From Candidatus Curtissbacteria bacterium RIFCSPHIGHO2_01_FULL_41_11 (GTDB taxonomy: Bacteria; Patescibacteriota; Microgenomatia; Curtissbacterales; GWA2-41-24): 64,000 nucleotides of DNA. Of this stretch, positions 9,270 to 20,184 are shown in pieces; position 1 is the stretch's first letter; the number at the start of each line of letters is the position of its first letter. The stretch is from positions 3,984 to 67,983 of the forward strand of contig MFAZ01000043.1 in assembly GCA_001776335.1 (NCBI GenBank). The letters run 5' to 3'. The notes below the pieces were generated by a model. That model worked only from the letters and a program-made list of their open reading frames with translations, made no database searches and was not told the DNA's origin. Made by a program: the position numbers and the translations under genes.

Positions 9270-9889
9270 TATATTTTTACTCCTGATTTTTTTAGGCTGC
9301 TAGCCAAACTTTTTGAACCTTTAAATAAGATTGAATGAATTCCAACAGAATTTGCACTTTCTATATTTGCAATTTTGTCATCAATAAATATTACCCCAGA
9401 AGGCTTCACTCTTATTTTTTTTAAAACGTGTAAGAAGATTTCTTGATCAGGTTTTTTTAAACCGAGCGTAAATGATGTAAAAACTTTATCAAAAAGTTCG
9501 TAAATTCCAGTTTTACCTATAGCATTGAAATGAAGATCTATGGTGTTTGAAAGTAAGTAAATTTTATAATCTTTTTTAAGTTTTTTGATTATTTTGATAA
9601 CTTGTTTATCTATATCCACTTGGGATTCATGAATTTTTTGCCATGTTTCGATTATACTTGCTATCGTTTTTTCACCTGATGTGATGTTTTGAAAAAGTTT
9701 CGCAACTTTTTTGACATTTAATCTACCCAGGGTCCAGTCATTTTTATACTTTTCGTAAAATTCTTGGACCTTTATGTCCTCAATTCCAAAGAAATTTCCC
9801 ATTAGTTCGAAGGTATTTTCATAAGTGTGTCTGAGGACGACGCCTCCCAAATCAAAAATGATAGCTTTTATCATTTTATTCGTATTCAA
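9269..9889 (-). CDS. HAD family phosphatase (YihX-like)
   Basis: FDLGGV, LSN, KPD, FIDD motifs. Confidence 0.9.
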   Translation of the reverse strand: MNTNKMIKAIIFDLGGVVLRHTYENTFELMGNFFGIEDIKVQEFYEKYKNDWTLGRLNVKKVAKLFQNITSGEKTIASIIETWQKIHESQVDIDKQVIKIIKKLKKDYKIYLLSNTIDLHFNAIGKTGIYELFDKVFTSFTLGLKKPDQEIFLHVLKKIRVKPSGVIFIDDKIANIESANSVGIHSILFKGSKSLASSLKKSGVKI

Positions 9890-11396
9890 TGGTTGCCGGG
9901 GGCTTTTGGGTTATATCGTAAACGACACGGTTGACGCCCCTAACTTCATTGACGATTCTGCTTGAGACTTTTTCCAAAACAACGTATGGAATTTTAGACC
10001 AGTCGGCTGTCATAAAATCGGTGGTATCGACGGACCTTAGAGATACAATGTAAGAATATGTCCTGGCATCACCCATAACGCCTACGGATTTAACGGGAAG
10101 AAGTGCGGAAAACGCCTGATTAACTTCCTTATATATATTGTTAGATTTAAGTTCCGAGATGAAAATTTCATCTACCTCTCTTAAGATTTTTAGCCTCTCT
10201 TTGGTAACCTCCCCCACAATTCTTATTGCTAGCCCCGGACCAGGAAATGGATGGCGCATTAAAAACTCTTCCGGTATGCCCAGAAACTTGCCTATTTTTC
10301 TTACTTCGTCCTTGTAAAGATCGGCTACCGGCTCCAATATTTCAAGTTTTAATCCCTGGGGGAGAGTTACATTGTGATGGCTTTTAATCTTATCAGCGTG
10401 TTTCGAAGTCTGCGCGGATTCTATTCTGTCGGAATAAATTGTTCCCTGTCCCAGAAATTTTACCTGCCCAATTTTTTTGGCTTCGTCTTCTAAAATCTTG
10501 AAGTATACTTTTGCAATTCTCTTTCTCTTTTCTTCAGGGTCTACAACCCTTTTTAGTTCTTTCAGAAATGTTTTGGAAGCGTCTACAATTTTAAAATTTT
10601 TAAACTGAACTTTTTTGGCAACTTTTTTTAGGTCTGCAATGTCATAACTTCTAAGAAGTCCGGTTTCGATGAAAACTAAATAAAGATTTTTAGGAGAAGC
10701 TTCTTTAATCAGTGTCGCGGCAACCGTCGAGTCCACACCTCCGGATACTGCCATCAAAACTTTATTTTTGCCTATTTTGTTTTTTATTTTCTTTTTGATT
10801 TCTTCTTTTAGTTCCTTAAGATCCCAATCGTGTTTTGCATTTGAAATTTTAAAGAGGAAGTTTTTGAGAAGGACTCTCCCCTTTTCAGTGTGTGTAACTT
10901 CAGGATGAAATTGAATACCATAAAACTTCTTGTGGGAATTTTCCATAGAGGCAATTTTTGCATTTTTGCTGGATCCGGTTAATTTGAAACCTTTGGGAAG
11001 TTTGTCGACTTGGTCGCCGTGGGAAAACCATACTGTTTCGGTGGAAGAAAGACCAGAAAAAAGCTTTGATTTTGTGATATTTACAGTTTCTTTACCAAAC
11101 TGTTTTGATGAGTGCAACGAAACTTTTCCTCCAAGCTGATAAGCCATAAGTTGCAAACCATAACAGATTCCAAGTATGGGGAGACCTAGATGATAGATTC
11201 TTTGGTTGACGTGAGGAGCATTTTTTTCGTAACACGAAAACGGACTGCCGGAGAATATCAATGCTTGGGGTTTTAGACTTTGAACTTTTTCCGGGCTAAT
11301 ATCAGGGGAAACAAGTTCGCTTTTTACTCCAAAATCCCGCACTCTTCTGGCGATTAGGTGTGCATATTGCCCGCCAAAATTAAAAACCAAAATCAT
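9876..11396 (-). CDS. guaA: GMP synthase (glutamine-hydrolysing)
   Basis: GICYG, QFHPEV, SGGVDS, HPFPGPGLAIR, KPPATIEYE. Confidence 0.97.
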   Translation of the reverse strand: MILVFNFGGQYAHLIARRVRDFGVKSELVSPDISPEKVQSLKPQALIFSGSPFSCYEKNAPHVNQRIYHLGLPILGICYGLQLMAYQLGGKVSLHSSKQFGKETVNITKSKLFSGLSSTETVWFSHGDQVDKLPKGFKLTGSSKNAKIASMENSHKKFYGIQFHPEVTHTEKGRVLLKNFLFKISNAKHDWDLKELKEEIKKKIKNKIGKNKVLMAVSGGVDSTVAATLIKEASPKNLYLVFIETGLLRSYDIADLKKVAKKVQFKNFKIVDASKTFLKELKRVVDPEEKRKRIAKVYFKILEDEAKKIGQVKFLGQGTIYSDRIESAQTSKHADKIKSHHNVTLPQGLKLEILEPVADLYKDEVRKIGKFLGIPEEFLMRHPFPGPGLAIRIVGEVTKERLKILREVDEIFISELKSNNIYKEVNQAFSALLPVKSVGVMGDARTYSYIVSLRSVDTTDFMTADWSKIPYVVLEKVSSRIVNEVRGVNRVVYDITQKPPATIEYE

Positions 11397-12364
11397 ACGA
11401 GTTTTGCCAAAGATTCTTCAATCCTTTTTCTTGGTTCGATTGAAAGGTCGATTTCAAATTTTTCTCCGGAAAGTTTTTCGTATACTTCTATATATCTGAG
11501 GGCAATTTTTGCGATTAGGTCGTTTGGCATTTTTGGAGCTTTCCCCCTGCCGGAATATCCTTGCTCCTTGAACCACAACCGCATGAACTCCTTATCATAA
11601 TTTTCCGGCTCTTCGCCTTTTTTAATTCTTGCTGCAAGGGTTTTTTTTACCCAGAAGCGACTGCTATCCGGGGTATGTATTTCGTCAATTAAAATCAGTT
11701 TCCCCCTTTTATCCAAGGCGAATTCGTATTTTGTATCCGCTAAAATCAGTCCTGCTTTATCGGCAATTTGGGATCCCCTTTCAAAGAGTTTCATCGCTGT
11801 CTTTTCTATTTGTTTCCAGACTTGTGGTGATACAATTTTCTGTTTTACAATTTCTTTTGCCGTTATTGGTTCATCGTGGCCGCCTGCTCCAGTTTCTCTT
11901 GTTGTTGGAGTAATGACAGGTTTTTTGAGTTTTTGGTTTTTGGTCAGACCTTGGGGAAATTTAATTCCATAAATAATTCTTTCACCGTTTGCATATTTTT
12001 GCCAAAGTGACGTATCTGTTACTCCGGTTATATACCCACGAACGACAACTTCAATAGGTAATGCTTGGCATTCGGACACAATCATGATATTAGGATCGAT
12101 TACACCAATCATGTGGTTTTGGATAATGTCACGGGTTTTTTCAAACCAAAATTCGGAAAGTTTGGTTAAAACTGCTCCGCGGAATGGAATGTGACCCAAA
12201 ACTTTATCAAAAGCGGAAATTCTATCTGTGGCTATAAGAATTCTTAAGTTGTTTTTTACAAACCAATCACGAACTTTGCCGCTATGCTTTGCTCCTAAAC
12301 CGTGAAGACTAACTGTTGTGATGGCTTGGGGAATATTTTTAGCAATGGTTTTTCTGTCAATCAT
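11393..12364 (-). CDS. purC: SAICAR synthetase
   Basis: GKVRD, TDRISAFD, DTKYEF, DEIHTPDSSRFW. Confidence 0.96.
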   Translation of the reverse strand: MIDRKTIAKNIPQAITTVSLHGLGAKHSGKVRDWFVKNNLRILIATDRISAFDKVLGHIPFRGAVLTKLSEFWFEKTRDIIQNHMIGVIDPNIMIVSECQALPIEVVVRGYITGVTDTSLWQKYANGERIIYGIKFPQGLTKNQKLKKPVITPTTRETGAGGHDEPITAKEIVKQKIVSPQVWKQIEKTAMKLFERGSQIADKAGLILADTKYEFALDKRGKLILIDEIHTPDSSRFWVKKTLAARIKKGEEPENYDKEFMRLWFKEQGYSGRGKAPKMPNDLIAKIALRYIEVYEKLSGEKFEIDLSIEPRKRIEESLAKLV

Positions 12365-12366
12365 TT

Positions 12367-12882
12367 TTATTTATTTCTGAGGTATTTGCGCCAGCCTATT
12401 TTTTGTAAAGTAGCGTTTTTAGATAATACCTCTTTTTTCATGTCATTTTTATATTTTGTAATTCTTTCGAAAAGTTCGGGGTCGGTTGAGGCGATTATTT
12501 GGGCGGCCAAGAGGCCGGCATTCTTGGCGCTATTGATGCCAACGGTTGCAACTGGAACTCCGGATGGCATTTGGACAATTGAAAGTAATGAGTCTAAACC
12601 TTCCAGTGATTTGGTCATTATCGGGACACCTATCACCGGAAGTACGGTAAGAGAAGCAATAGATCCGGGGAGAGCAGCGGCACCTCCGGCACCGGCAATA
12701 ATAACTTTGACGCCTCGACTTTTGGCTTCTTTCGCATATTTGGCAGTTTCTTCCGGGGCGCGGTGAGTTGAAAGAATTATACTTTCGTTTTTGACATGAA
12801 GTTCGTCTAAAATCTTGGAGGCATCTTTCATGACTTCCAAATCAGAATCCGAACCCATGATTATTGCAATCTGGGGCTTCAT
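12367..12882 (-). CDS. purE: N5-CAIR mutase / AIR carboxylase
   Basis: [33 protein letters not shown]. Confidence 0.96.
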   Translation of the reverse strand: MKPQIAIIMGSDSDLEVMKDASKILDELHVKNESIILSTHRAPEETAKYAKEAKSRGVKVIIAGAGGAAALPGSIASLTVLPVIGVPIMTKSLEGLDSLLSIVQMPSGVPVATVGINSAKNAGLLAAQIIASTDPELFERITKYKNDMKKEVLSKNATLQKIGWRKYLRNK

Positions 12883-14285
12883 TCTGATAACTCCTTATTT
12901 AGCTCTTTTAAAAAAATTGTACATTGTTGCTGGGCAAGTCCAGCGTGGGCAGTAGGATCGATTAATTGAGGAATTTTTTCACGATCCACGAACTTGATGA
13001 TTATTTTATCCCTTGCTAAAAGATGTGCAATAGGGTTTGCCCCATTTTTATCGATTTGATTCCAGGCTTCCATTGCAATTTGTCGTATTTTTTCATGAAT
13101 TTCTTGCCTGTTTGCCCCATTTTTAACTGCTTCTAACATTAAACTTTCAGTACCGGCAAATGGACCGTATTTTTCAAGATTATTTTTAATATTTGATTCG
13201 TTGACAAGCAAATTGGCGACAAGTTTTTCCGTAACTTCTAAGATTTCATCAGCCGCCAAAAAGGCTTCCGGAATAAAGATGCGACGGTTAGCACTATCAT
13301 CTAATGTTCTTTCCAGTAGTGACTCGGCTGCGTTTGCCCAAGCAATATTTACAAGTGATGAAATGTATCTTGCCAAAGAACAGACTTTTTCCGCTTTGTC
13401 AGGATTTCTTTTAAATGGCATAGCAGAGGAACCAACTCTTTTTTCATCTCTTTTTTCAGACCACTCTCCAATATTAGGTGACTCTAAAATTCTTAAATCG
13501 AAACAGAATTTATGAAGAGATTGTGCGACTGATGAAAGTGCTTGGGCGAGTAACAGATCAATTTTCCTGGGATAGGTTTGGGTGGCGATAATACTTTCTT
13601 TAAGACCAAGTTCGTCCATAACCATTTTACTCATAGTTTGAGCATCTATTTTGCTATTTTTTAGTAATTTGGCGTATGAAGCGCTTGTACCCACGGCGCC
13701 TTTCATACCTTTGGCTAGCAAATTATTTTTAAAATTACGGATAAGCTTTAGGTCAAAAAGTAAGTCTTGGGCGTAGATTGAAAATCGCAGGCCGAGAGTT
13801 GTCGGTTCTGCCGGTTGCAGATGTGTGTAGCCCATGCAAACTGTATTTTTATATTTTCTGATTTGGCGAGAGAAAGTTTTTTCAAGTTTTATTATTTTGC
13901 TTTCAATGATATCTGTGGCTTGTATAATTCTTATAATATCCGCGTTGTCTTCGATGTCCATGCTTGTTGCCCCGAGGTGAATTTTTCCGCCTGCTTTGCC
14001 GCTCTGCATAGCAAAAACTTTAATCTCGGCCATTAAATCGTGGTATATTTCTTTTTCAAATTTTTGGGCGAGAGCAATATCAATTTTGTTAGTGTTCTTT
14101 TCCAAAGATGTTAGTTCTTGTTTTGTCAGAAGTCCTGCTTTCTGCTGTGCACGCGCAAGGGCAACCCAGATTTTTCGCCAGAGTTTTCTCTTATTTATTT
14201 CGGAAAAAATTTTGCGCATCTCGTCACTACCATAGCGCCAAGAAAATGGTGATTGATAAGTGTCAAAATTTAAATCTGCTCTCAT
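12879..14285 (-). CDS. purB: Adenylosuccinate lyase
   Basis: [24 protein letters not shown] signature. Confidence 0.96.
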   Translation of the reverse strand: MRADLNFDTYQSPFSWRYGSDEMRKIFSEINKRKLWRKIWVALARAQQKAGLLTKQELTSLEKNTNKIDIALAQKFEKEIYHDLMAEIKVFAMQSGKAGGKIHLGATSMDIEDNADIIRIIQATDIIESKIIKLEKTFSRQIRKYKNTVCMGYTHLQPAEPTTLGLRFSIYAQDLLFDLKLIRNFKNNLLAKGMKGAVGTSASYAKLLKNSKIDAQTMSKMVMDELGLKESIIATQTYPRKIDLLLAQALSSVAQSLHKFCFDLRILESPNIGEWSEKRDEKRVGSSAMPFKRNPDKAEKVCSLARYISSLVNIAWANAAESLLERTLDDSANRRIFIPEAFLAADEILEVTEKLVANLLVNESNIKNNLEKYGPFAGTESLMLEAVKNGANRQEIHEKIRQIAMEAWNQIDKNGANPIAHLLARDKIIIKFVDREKIPQLIDPTAHAGLAQQQCTIFLKELNKELSE

Positions 14286-15370
14286 GTTGTTACTTTTTTG
14301 ATTTGATTTTTGAATAAAGCTTCTTTTATTTCCATTGCTACGCGCTTTCCCACGCTGATTGATTTACCAAACAAATATCCGCTATATGGAGTTGCGAAAA
14401 TGCCGGGAGATCCGGGCATTCTGGGTGAAACGTCAAAAACTACAATTTCTTTTTTTGGGGGGCCAGCGGTAATTATTGATTGTAAACTGAATGGACCGAT
14501 GATTCCAGGCGGAATTATTTCTCTGGCAGCTTTTACAAATTTTTCGCCTATCTCGAAAGCTGGTTCAAGGAGTGATTCTAGCGTAGTTACAGCCATGTGC
14601 CCCGCTTCCTCAAAGCTTGGCCTTGTTCCTGCTTGTAAAGCTTCTATCTGATATTCAGCCAGAAGATTTCTAAGCCCTTCTATATTTGTTTGTCTTCGAG
14701 TATCGGTTCCAATTAACTCTAGACGATTGTTTATGGATGAAAAGAAAAAATTAAAATTTACTTGAACACCAATTACAAATTCCTCGATAATTGCACTTTC
14801 AAGCCCGCGTTTATCAATCTTTCCTTGTTTTAACATGAAACTTGACCATCGGTTGTAACTTATGCGGTCGTAGCACAAGAAGAATCCCCTTTCAAAACGC
14901 CTGTCTTTCTCTTGCGCTTTGACTATAACTAAGCGGTCAATTTCGTCCGGCGTTTTGAATTGCTTGGGGTATCTGATGTCAGCTTTTTCTAGAAGATTAT
15001 ATTGATTGAATTTTTCTGTGCGCTCTTCAATTCTTAATAGTTTCCTATTGCCAAACATTGGGACATTAAAGTCTTTTTCAATTGCATCATAGTCATTTAC
15101 GTAAACTTCGAACGATCGATGAGGAATGAAGATAGCGTTTTTACTTTTGAGAATTTTTTGGACTTTTGGCGAAATTACATCTTTAAATTTATCTACATAT
15201 AAGACTTCGTCAACACAACCTAATTCTCCTTGAGATTTGAAATACTGAGCGTAAGTTTTGTCTCTACCCTTTTCAACAATAACCAGAGTTTTAAAACCTT
15301 CATCTTTTGCACCGCGGCACACATCAAGTGCGCTGTGACTTCCGATGACTGCAATTGACGGTTTAGGCAT
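14282..15370 (-). CDS. purP: PurP-like ATP-grasp protein (formate-dependent AICAR formyltransferase family), paralog 1
   Basis: IAVIGSHSALDVCRGAKDEGFKT, IPHRSF, DTRRQTN.EG, IGPFSLQ, FDVSPR.PG.P. Confidence 0.88.
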   Translation of the reverse strand: MPKPSIAVIGSHSALDVCRGAKDEGFKTLVIVEKGRDKTYAQYFKSQGELGCVDEVLYVDKFKDVISPKVQKILKSKNAIFIPHRSFEVYVNDYDAIEKDFNVPMFGNRKLLRIEERTEKFNQYNLLEKADIRYPKQFKTPDEIDRLVIVKAQEKDRRFERGFFLCYDRISYNRWSSFMLKQGKIDKRGLESAIIEEFVIGVQVNFNFFFSSINNRLELIGTDTRRQTNIEGLRNLLAEYQIEALQAGTRPSFEEAGHMAVTTLESLLEPAFEIGEKFVKAAREIIPPGIIGPFSLQSIITAGPPKKEIVVFDVSPRMPGSPGIFATPYSGYLFGKSISVGKRVAMEIKEALFKNQIKKVTT

Positions 15371-16643
15371 AAATCACTTCACTCCTATCCGGCCCTACTC
15401 CAATAAAGCTAATGGGTAATTTGGTATAGTTCTCAACAAATTTAATGAAGTTTCTGGCTTCCTGTGGAAGATCAGTCAAGTTTCTCGCTTTTGAAATGTC
15501 TTCGTTCCATCCAGGTAATGTTTTGTAAACAGGTTTTACTGATGAGAGAAAATCTGCATCGCCAGAAATATAATCTGTTGTACTGTTGCCAATCTTGTAC
15601 TGGATGCAAACTTTTATTTCCTTTAACTGTGAGAGGACGTCTAACTTTGTCATTGCAATATTTGTGACTCTATTATTTTCGCAAGCAGTTTTTAGTAAAA
15701 CTAAATCAAGCCAACCCGGGTCTCTAATCCTTCCGGATGTTGTCCCAACTTCCCCACCTTTTTTTATAATCCAATCTCTCTGTTCACCTTTTATGTAGGT
15801 GGGCATGGGGCCCGATCCCACTCGGGTTGTATATGCTTTGGTGATCCCTATTACATAATTTATATCGGTTGGGTGGACGTCAAAACATCTCCAGATCCCA
15901 ATAATACCTGTATTTGAGGAGGTTACAAATGGATAAGTTCCCGCATCAACATCCAGAAAATACCCCTGCGCTCCTTCAAACAAAACATTCTTTTTATTTT
16001 TAATTGCGCTTTTTACAAGCGACGTAGTTTCTGTAACTAGTGGTTTGATGAGGTTTGTGTATTTATGAAATTGTGAATAAATCTTTGACGGTGATAAATT
16101 TAGACTGAAATATTTGTTTTGAATTTTTATTTCTTCACCCAGCAAATCTTTAAAATCTTTCCGGTAAAGATCTCTGACACGAATACCAACTCTTTCGATT
16201 CTATCTGCGTAGGCCGGGCCTACTCCTCTTTTCGTGGTTCCGATTTTGGCGTTTCTTGATTCTTCGCGCTGGCCATCTCTCATTTTATGCCAGGGCATTA
16301 CAAGCGTTGCGCGCTGGTCAATTCTTAAATTTTTCCAGGATACTTTCGCTTTTTTTAGTTGTTGGAGCTCATCATCTATTAACGATTCCAAGTCTACTAG
16401 TACATTTTTGCCTACAATATTTATTGATTTTGAATTAAAGATGCCAGATGGAATTATGTGAAGAGCAAATTTTCCAAATTTGTTTTTTACCGTATGGCCT
16501 GTGTTTGAACCACCATTAAATCGAGCAACAACATCTGCTGTTTGGGCTAAATTGTCTATTAATCTTCCTTTTCCGGAGTCTCCCCAATCTACTCCTATAA
16601 CAGCCGCCACTCCTTTCCAGTTTGAAAGTTTTGATTTTTTCAT
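15363..16643 (-). CDS. purA: Adenylosuccinate synthetase
   Basis: WGDSGKG, GG.N.GHT, GTT.RG.GPAY, FEGAQG..LD.D.GTYPFVTSS. Confidence 0.96.
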   Translation of the reverse strand: MKKSKLSNWKGVAAVIGVDWGDSGKGRLIDNLAQTADVVARFNGGSNTGHTVKNKFGKFALHIIPSGIFNSKSINIVGKNVLVDLESLIDDELQQLKKAKVSWKNLRIDQRATLVMPWHKMRDGQREESRNAKIGTTKRGVGPAYADRIERVGIRVRDLYRKDFKDLLGEEIKIQNKYFSLNLSPSKIYSQFHKYTNLIKPLVTETTSLVKSAIKNKKNVLFEGAQGYFLDVDAGTYPFVTSSNTGIIGIWRCFDVHPTDINYVIGITKAYTTRVGSGPMPTYIKGEQRDWIIKKGGEVGTTSGRIRDPGWLDLVLLKTACENNRVTNIAMTKLDVLSQLKEIKVCIQYKIGNSTTDYISGDADFLSSVKPVYKTLPGWNEDISKARNLTDLPQEARNFIKFVENYTKLPISFIGVGPDRSEVIYA

Positions 16644-16645
16644 TT

Positions 16646-17659
16646 TTAATTTAAAATTTTTTCTGTCGATTTTTCTTTAATCGCTTTTTTTATTTCCATT
16701 GCTATTCTTCTTCCAGTCGAAACGTCTTTTTGGTAATAAAGAGATGCATAGGGGGATCCATTGATAAAAAGGTTCGTTCCAGCAACTATTCTACAAGATA
16801 TTTCAATGACGAAAAATTCCTGATTTGGAGTTATTATTGCCTCAAGACAAAAAGGGCCCCATAGGCCACCTGTCATTAATTTTTTGGAGGCTGTGATAGT
16901 TCTTTCACCCATTTCAAAAGCGTCTGCTAAAAGTGACTCACGAAGAACCAGAGGGCTGTTGCCCACGACAACAAAGCTTGGTTCTATACCAAGCCCTTGC
17001 TGGTTGTGTGACGGGATTCTACCAAGTGAGTCTACATTGCTTTCGTAACGTCTATCAATGGAAAGGACTTCCAGTTTTTTGGTAAGGGGTGAATAAAAAT
17101 AGTGAATGTATGCAGAGACACCGATAACATATTCTTGAATAATAAATTTTTTAGGTTTAAAGTTTTTAATTTTTTGCTTGTATTCTTGTTTGTTTTTAGC
17201 AAAGAAATATCCTTCGCCTCCCGACGCCCCATATGATTTAACAAGAACCGGTCTGTCTATTTCATTGGCTTTAGCAAATTTCCTAGGAACCGGGACGTTT
17301 GCTTTTTCCAACCATTCCCTTTGTTTAAGCCTATCTGATTCCCAATCTAAAACTGCTTTGTTTCCAAAATAATGCACATTCATCTTTTTGTGCTCTTTTA
17401 ATCCAAGATAAGCAACAAAGGATCCGTGGGGAATAAGAATGGCCTTTTCCTCTATAAGTTTTTTTTCGATCTTTGCGAAATCTGAAAAAGTTGGGATTTC
17501 TATTATTTTGTCAATGAAGTTAAATCGTCTATAAAGGGAAACGCGGTTTGGGGTGGCGACTACGATTGTTTCAAAACCTTCGTCTTTTGCGCCTTTTAAA
17601 ATTTGCAGGGCAGAATGAGAGCCAAGTGTGGCAATTTTGTAGGGCTTGCGACCCACCAT
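16646..17659 (-). CDS. purP: PurP-like ATP-grasp protein, paralog 2
   Basis: IATLGSHSALQILKGAKDEGFET, IPHGSFVAY, DRRYESN.D, GPFCLE, EIS.RIVAGTN. Confidence 0.9.
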   Translation of the reverse strand: MVGRKPYKIATLGSHSALQILKGAKDEGFETIVVATPNRVSLYRRFNFIDKIIEIPTFSDFAKIEKKLIEEKAILIPHGSFVAYLGLKEHKKMNVHYFGNKAVLDWESDRLKQREWLEKANVPVPRKFAKANEIDRPVLVKSYGASGGEGYFFAKNKQEYKQKIKNFKPKKFIIQEYVIGVSAYIHYFYSPLTKKLEVLSIDRRYESNVDSLGRIPSHNQQGLGIEPSFVVVGNSPLVLRESLLADAFEMGERTITASKKLMTGGLWGPFCLEAIITPNQEFFVIEISCRIVAGTNLFINGSPYASLYYQKDVSTGRRIAMEIKKAIKEKSTEKILN

Positions 17660-17665
17660 TTACGT

Positions 17666-17694
17666 ATTTTACAGGAATCGAGGCTAAATTGCAA
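17666..17694 (-). promoter_or_regulatory. Sigma70-type promoter, probably producing leaderless purP mRNA
   Basis: TTGCAA-N17-TAAAAT, with the -10 box 6 nt before the ATG at 17659. Confidence 0.65.
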
Positions 17695-17786
17695 ATTTTA
17701 AATAAGACTATAGGATTTTGAGGAGATTATTCCTTTTTCGGTTTCCCGAAATATGCTTAAAGTTTCAGGTTGCATGTCTGGATTCA

Positions 17787-18320
17787 TTATCTTGGAACTG
17801 ATTCTGATCGTCTTAATAAAATTTGCGAGTAAGGATAATTTTCATCGGGTAATCTACCTTTTGAAGTTTTAAAATCAATGACATGTTCTTTTCTCGTAAT
17901 CCCAGTTAATTCAAAATCTTCTTCACTAAAAACAGCGTAAGGTTTTATTCTTACACTTACCACTTCGTGAATTATTCTCGAACCATCTCCTGGATTTGTA
18001 GGAATATTATAAGAGACTGGCACCCAAACCCCCGCAATAAGAATGGCGACTTTATTTATTTTTTCCATCAATTCGCCTTGCGAATAGGTTAGTCTGACAG
18101 ATTTTAATGTGTTAACAAACGGCCAATCCAAACTTAGTTGTTCCGCGAATGTGTTCAGAGCCGCTCTCCTAACCGGGATTGGCCATAGATCAGCTAAATT
18201 TAAACCATAAAAAAAATTGCCCTTGAAGTTACGATCTTGGCTTGGTGTATACCACGAAATTTCTTTACAATATTCAATTTGATGCGAACCAGCGAGAGGG
18301 TGAAGAGTCTCGATTGTCAT
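17787..18320 (-). CDS. Hypothetical protein inside the purine cluster
   Basis: 177 aa ORF with ATGA overlap with purM. No recognisable motif. Confidence 0.65.
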   Translation of the reverse strand: MTIETLHPLAGSHQIEYCKEISWYTPSQDRNFKGNFFYGLNLADLWPIPVRRAALNTFAEQLSLDWPFVNTLKSVRLTYSQGELMEKINKVAILIAGVWVPVSYNIPTNPGDGSRIIHEVVSVRIKPYAVFSEEDFELTGITRKEHVIDFKTSKGRLPDENYPYSQILLRRSESVPR

Positions 18321-19414
18321 CTTAAATCTAACGTTTCTGACCCGAAGGTTATATTTTTGGGTCTGATGATTACTTGGCGAGGTCCGACCTCGACATGACC
18401 GGCATCAAGGGATGATAATTTGTTGTTTTTTATGATTTGTTGAGCTTTTTTGACATGTGATTCCGGTAAAAAAATTGCATAATCCTGCCCCATGTTAAGA
18501 GTTTGATAAATTTCATAGTCTGAGAGACCTGCATGTTTTTGGATAAATGTAAAAACTTCTTGAGGATTAAAGACCTTTTCAATTATATATGTAAATTCTC
18601 CCCTTGCCCTCATTATTTTTCTAAGTCCATGGCCGGTGATGTTGGAAATGTAATGGATATTAACTCCTTCATCGAGTAAATTCTGGATTAGTTTTGCATA
18701 AATGTTGGTTTTTGTCAGAAGGACTTCCCCATACATTTTGCCGCTCGGGAGTTTTATTGCATATCCTTTGGTGAGTTTTTTGGAAACCGCTCGGGCTAAA
18801 GATATACCGTTACAGTTAATTCCGCTGCTTTTCAAAAGCAGAATACGGTCTCCTGCTTTAAGTTTTTTGTCCGTAATCAGTTTATCTTTGGGGTCGATGA
18901 CTCCAATTGCAGACCCTCCAAGATCAACTGTGTCTTTTTCTATTACTCCTTTTAAGGTTGGGGTTTCGCCGCCGCCCCACGTTGCCATAGATACTTTACA
19001 AGCGTCACGCCAGCCCGTTACGAAATCTGTCATTCTATCTTTATCTTGTAACCAGCTGTTATCTTCGATAGCCCAGTAAGCATGAATGACTCTCGGCTTT
19101 GCACCGACTGTAATGAGGTCATTGATTATTGTGGCAACTGTGTCATAACCAATTACGTCGTAATATGTTCTTCCTGTTATCTTGCGCAATTGATCTGCGA
19201 CAAGATTTTTGGTGCCCAAACCTTCAACGACTGAGGCCATTAAAACATCCCCTTGTTGCCAAACAAAAGCTGACTCTCCACGACTGTCTGTGATTTCAAA
19301 AAAACCTGATTTCTCTTTGATTATTGTTTGACGGGCAAAAAGTTGCGCCATTTTTTTAACCGGGTCTTTTGTGTCGTAATTATCTCCGACTTTCCCGTAA
19401 GTGATTTTTTTCAT
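18317..19414 (-). CDS. purM: AIR synthetase
   Basis: EGLGTK, INDL...GA.P, GGETP, SSG...NG.SL.R, ITGHG. Confidence 0.93.
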   Translation of the reverse strand: MKKITYGKVGDNYDTKDPVKKMAQLFARQTIIKEKSGFFEITDSRGESAFVWQQGDVLMASVVEGLGTKNLVADQLRKITGRTYYDVIGYDTVATIINDLITVGAKPRVIHAYWAIEDNSWLQDKDRMTDFVTGWRDACKVSMATWGGGETPTLKGVIEKDTVDLGGSAIGVIDPKDKLITDKKLKAGDRILLLKSSGINCNGISLARAVSKKLTKGYAIKLPSGKMYGEVLLTKTNIYAKLIQNLLDEGVNIHYISNITGHGLRKIMRARGEFTYIIEKVFNPQEVFTFIQKHAGLSDYEIYQTLNMGQDYAIFLPESHVKKAQQIIKNNKLSSLDAGHVEVGPRQVIIRPKNITFGSETLDLR

Positions 19415-20184
19415 GACTGCTGTGCGAATTTTACCATTGATTCAAATATTAACCCACCTTTTGCACTAACGTTTCCTCTTCTCCAATTTGGATGCTGAGT
19501 TAATTCTATTATTTTTTCAGGGTGAGGCATGAGTCCCAGAATGCGGCCTGTCGGATCTGTTATACCGGCTATTGCATTTAATGCTCCATTCGGATTTGGA
19601 GGGTACTTTTGTGTAGGACGGCCATTTTGATCGACGTATCTGCAGAAAACTAAGTTTTCCTTTTCGATTTTGCTGATTGTTTTATTATCTGAGAAAAATT
19701 TACCTTCGCCATGATTTACGGAAATATCTATAACTTGTTCAACATAAGGCTTTAGAAATATTGCACATGATTGTTGGATTTTGATTTTGACGAAACGGCA
19801 TTCGAAATGGCCACTTTCGTTCTGTGCAAGTGTTGCATCCATTTCACCTAAATGATTGAAGGGTAAAAGGCCGGTCCTAACTAAAACCTGGAAACCGTTG
19901 CATATACCGAGGATCAATTTTTTTCTACTTACAAATTCCTGGATTTGATCTTTTAAAAAACTCACTAATTCTGTCGCCAGAATTTTTCCAGATACAACAT
20001 CGTCTCCATATGCAAAACCACCGGGGATTGCTAGAATCTGGTAGTTTTTTAGATGTTTGATTTTAGATCTTAGTTGGTTAATATGAACATACTCTGGTTC
20101 CCCACCGAATTTTTCGAATGCGTAGAATGTCTCTTCATCGCAATTTATTCCATCGGCCCGCAGAATACAAACTTTAGGCTTCAT
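19411..20184 (-). CDS. purQ: FGAM synthase glutaminase subunit
   Basis: GINCD.E, PGGF.YGD, GICNGFQ, HGEG, MPHPE. Start taken at the ATGA overlap with purL (20184). Confidence 0.95.
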   Translation of the reverse strand: MKPKVCILRADGINCDEETFYAFEKFGGEPEYVHINQLRSKIKHLKNYQILAIPGGFAYGDDVVSGKILATELVSFLKDQIQEFVSRKKLILGICNGFQVLVRTGLLPFNHLGEMDATLAQNESGHFECRFVKIKIQQSCAIFLKPYVEQVIDISVNHGEGKFFSDNKTISKIEKENLVFCRYVDQNGRPTQKYPPNPNGALNAIAGITDPTGRILGLMPHPEKIIELTQHPNWRRGNVSAKGGLIFESMVKFAQQS

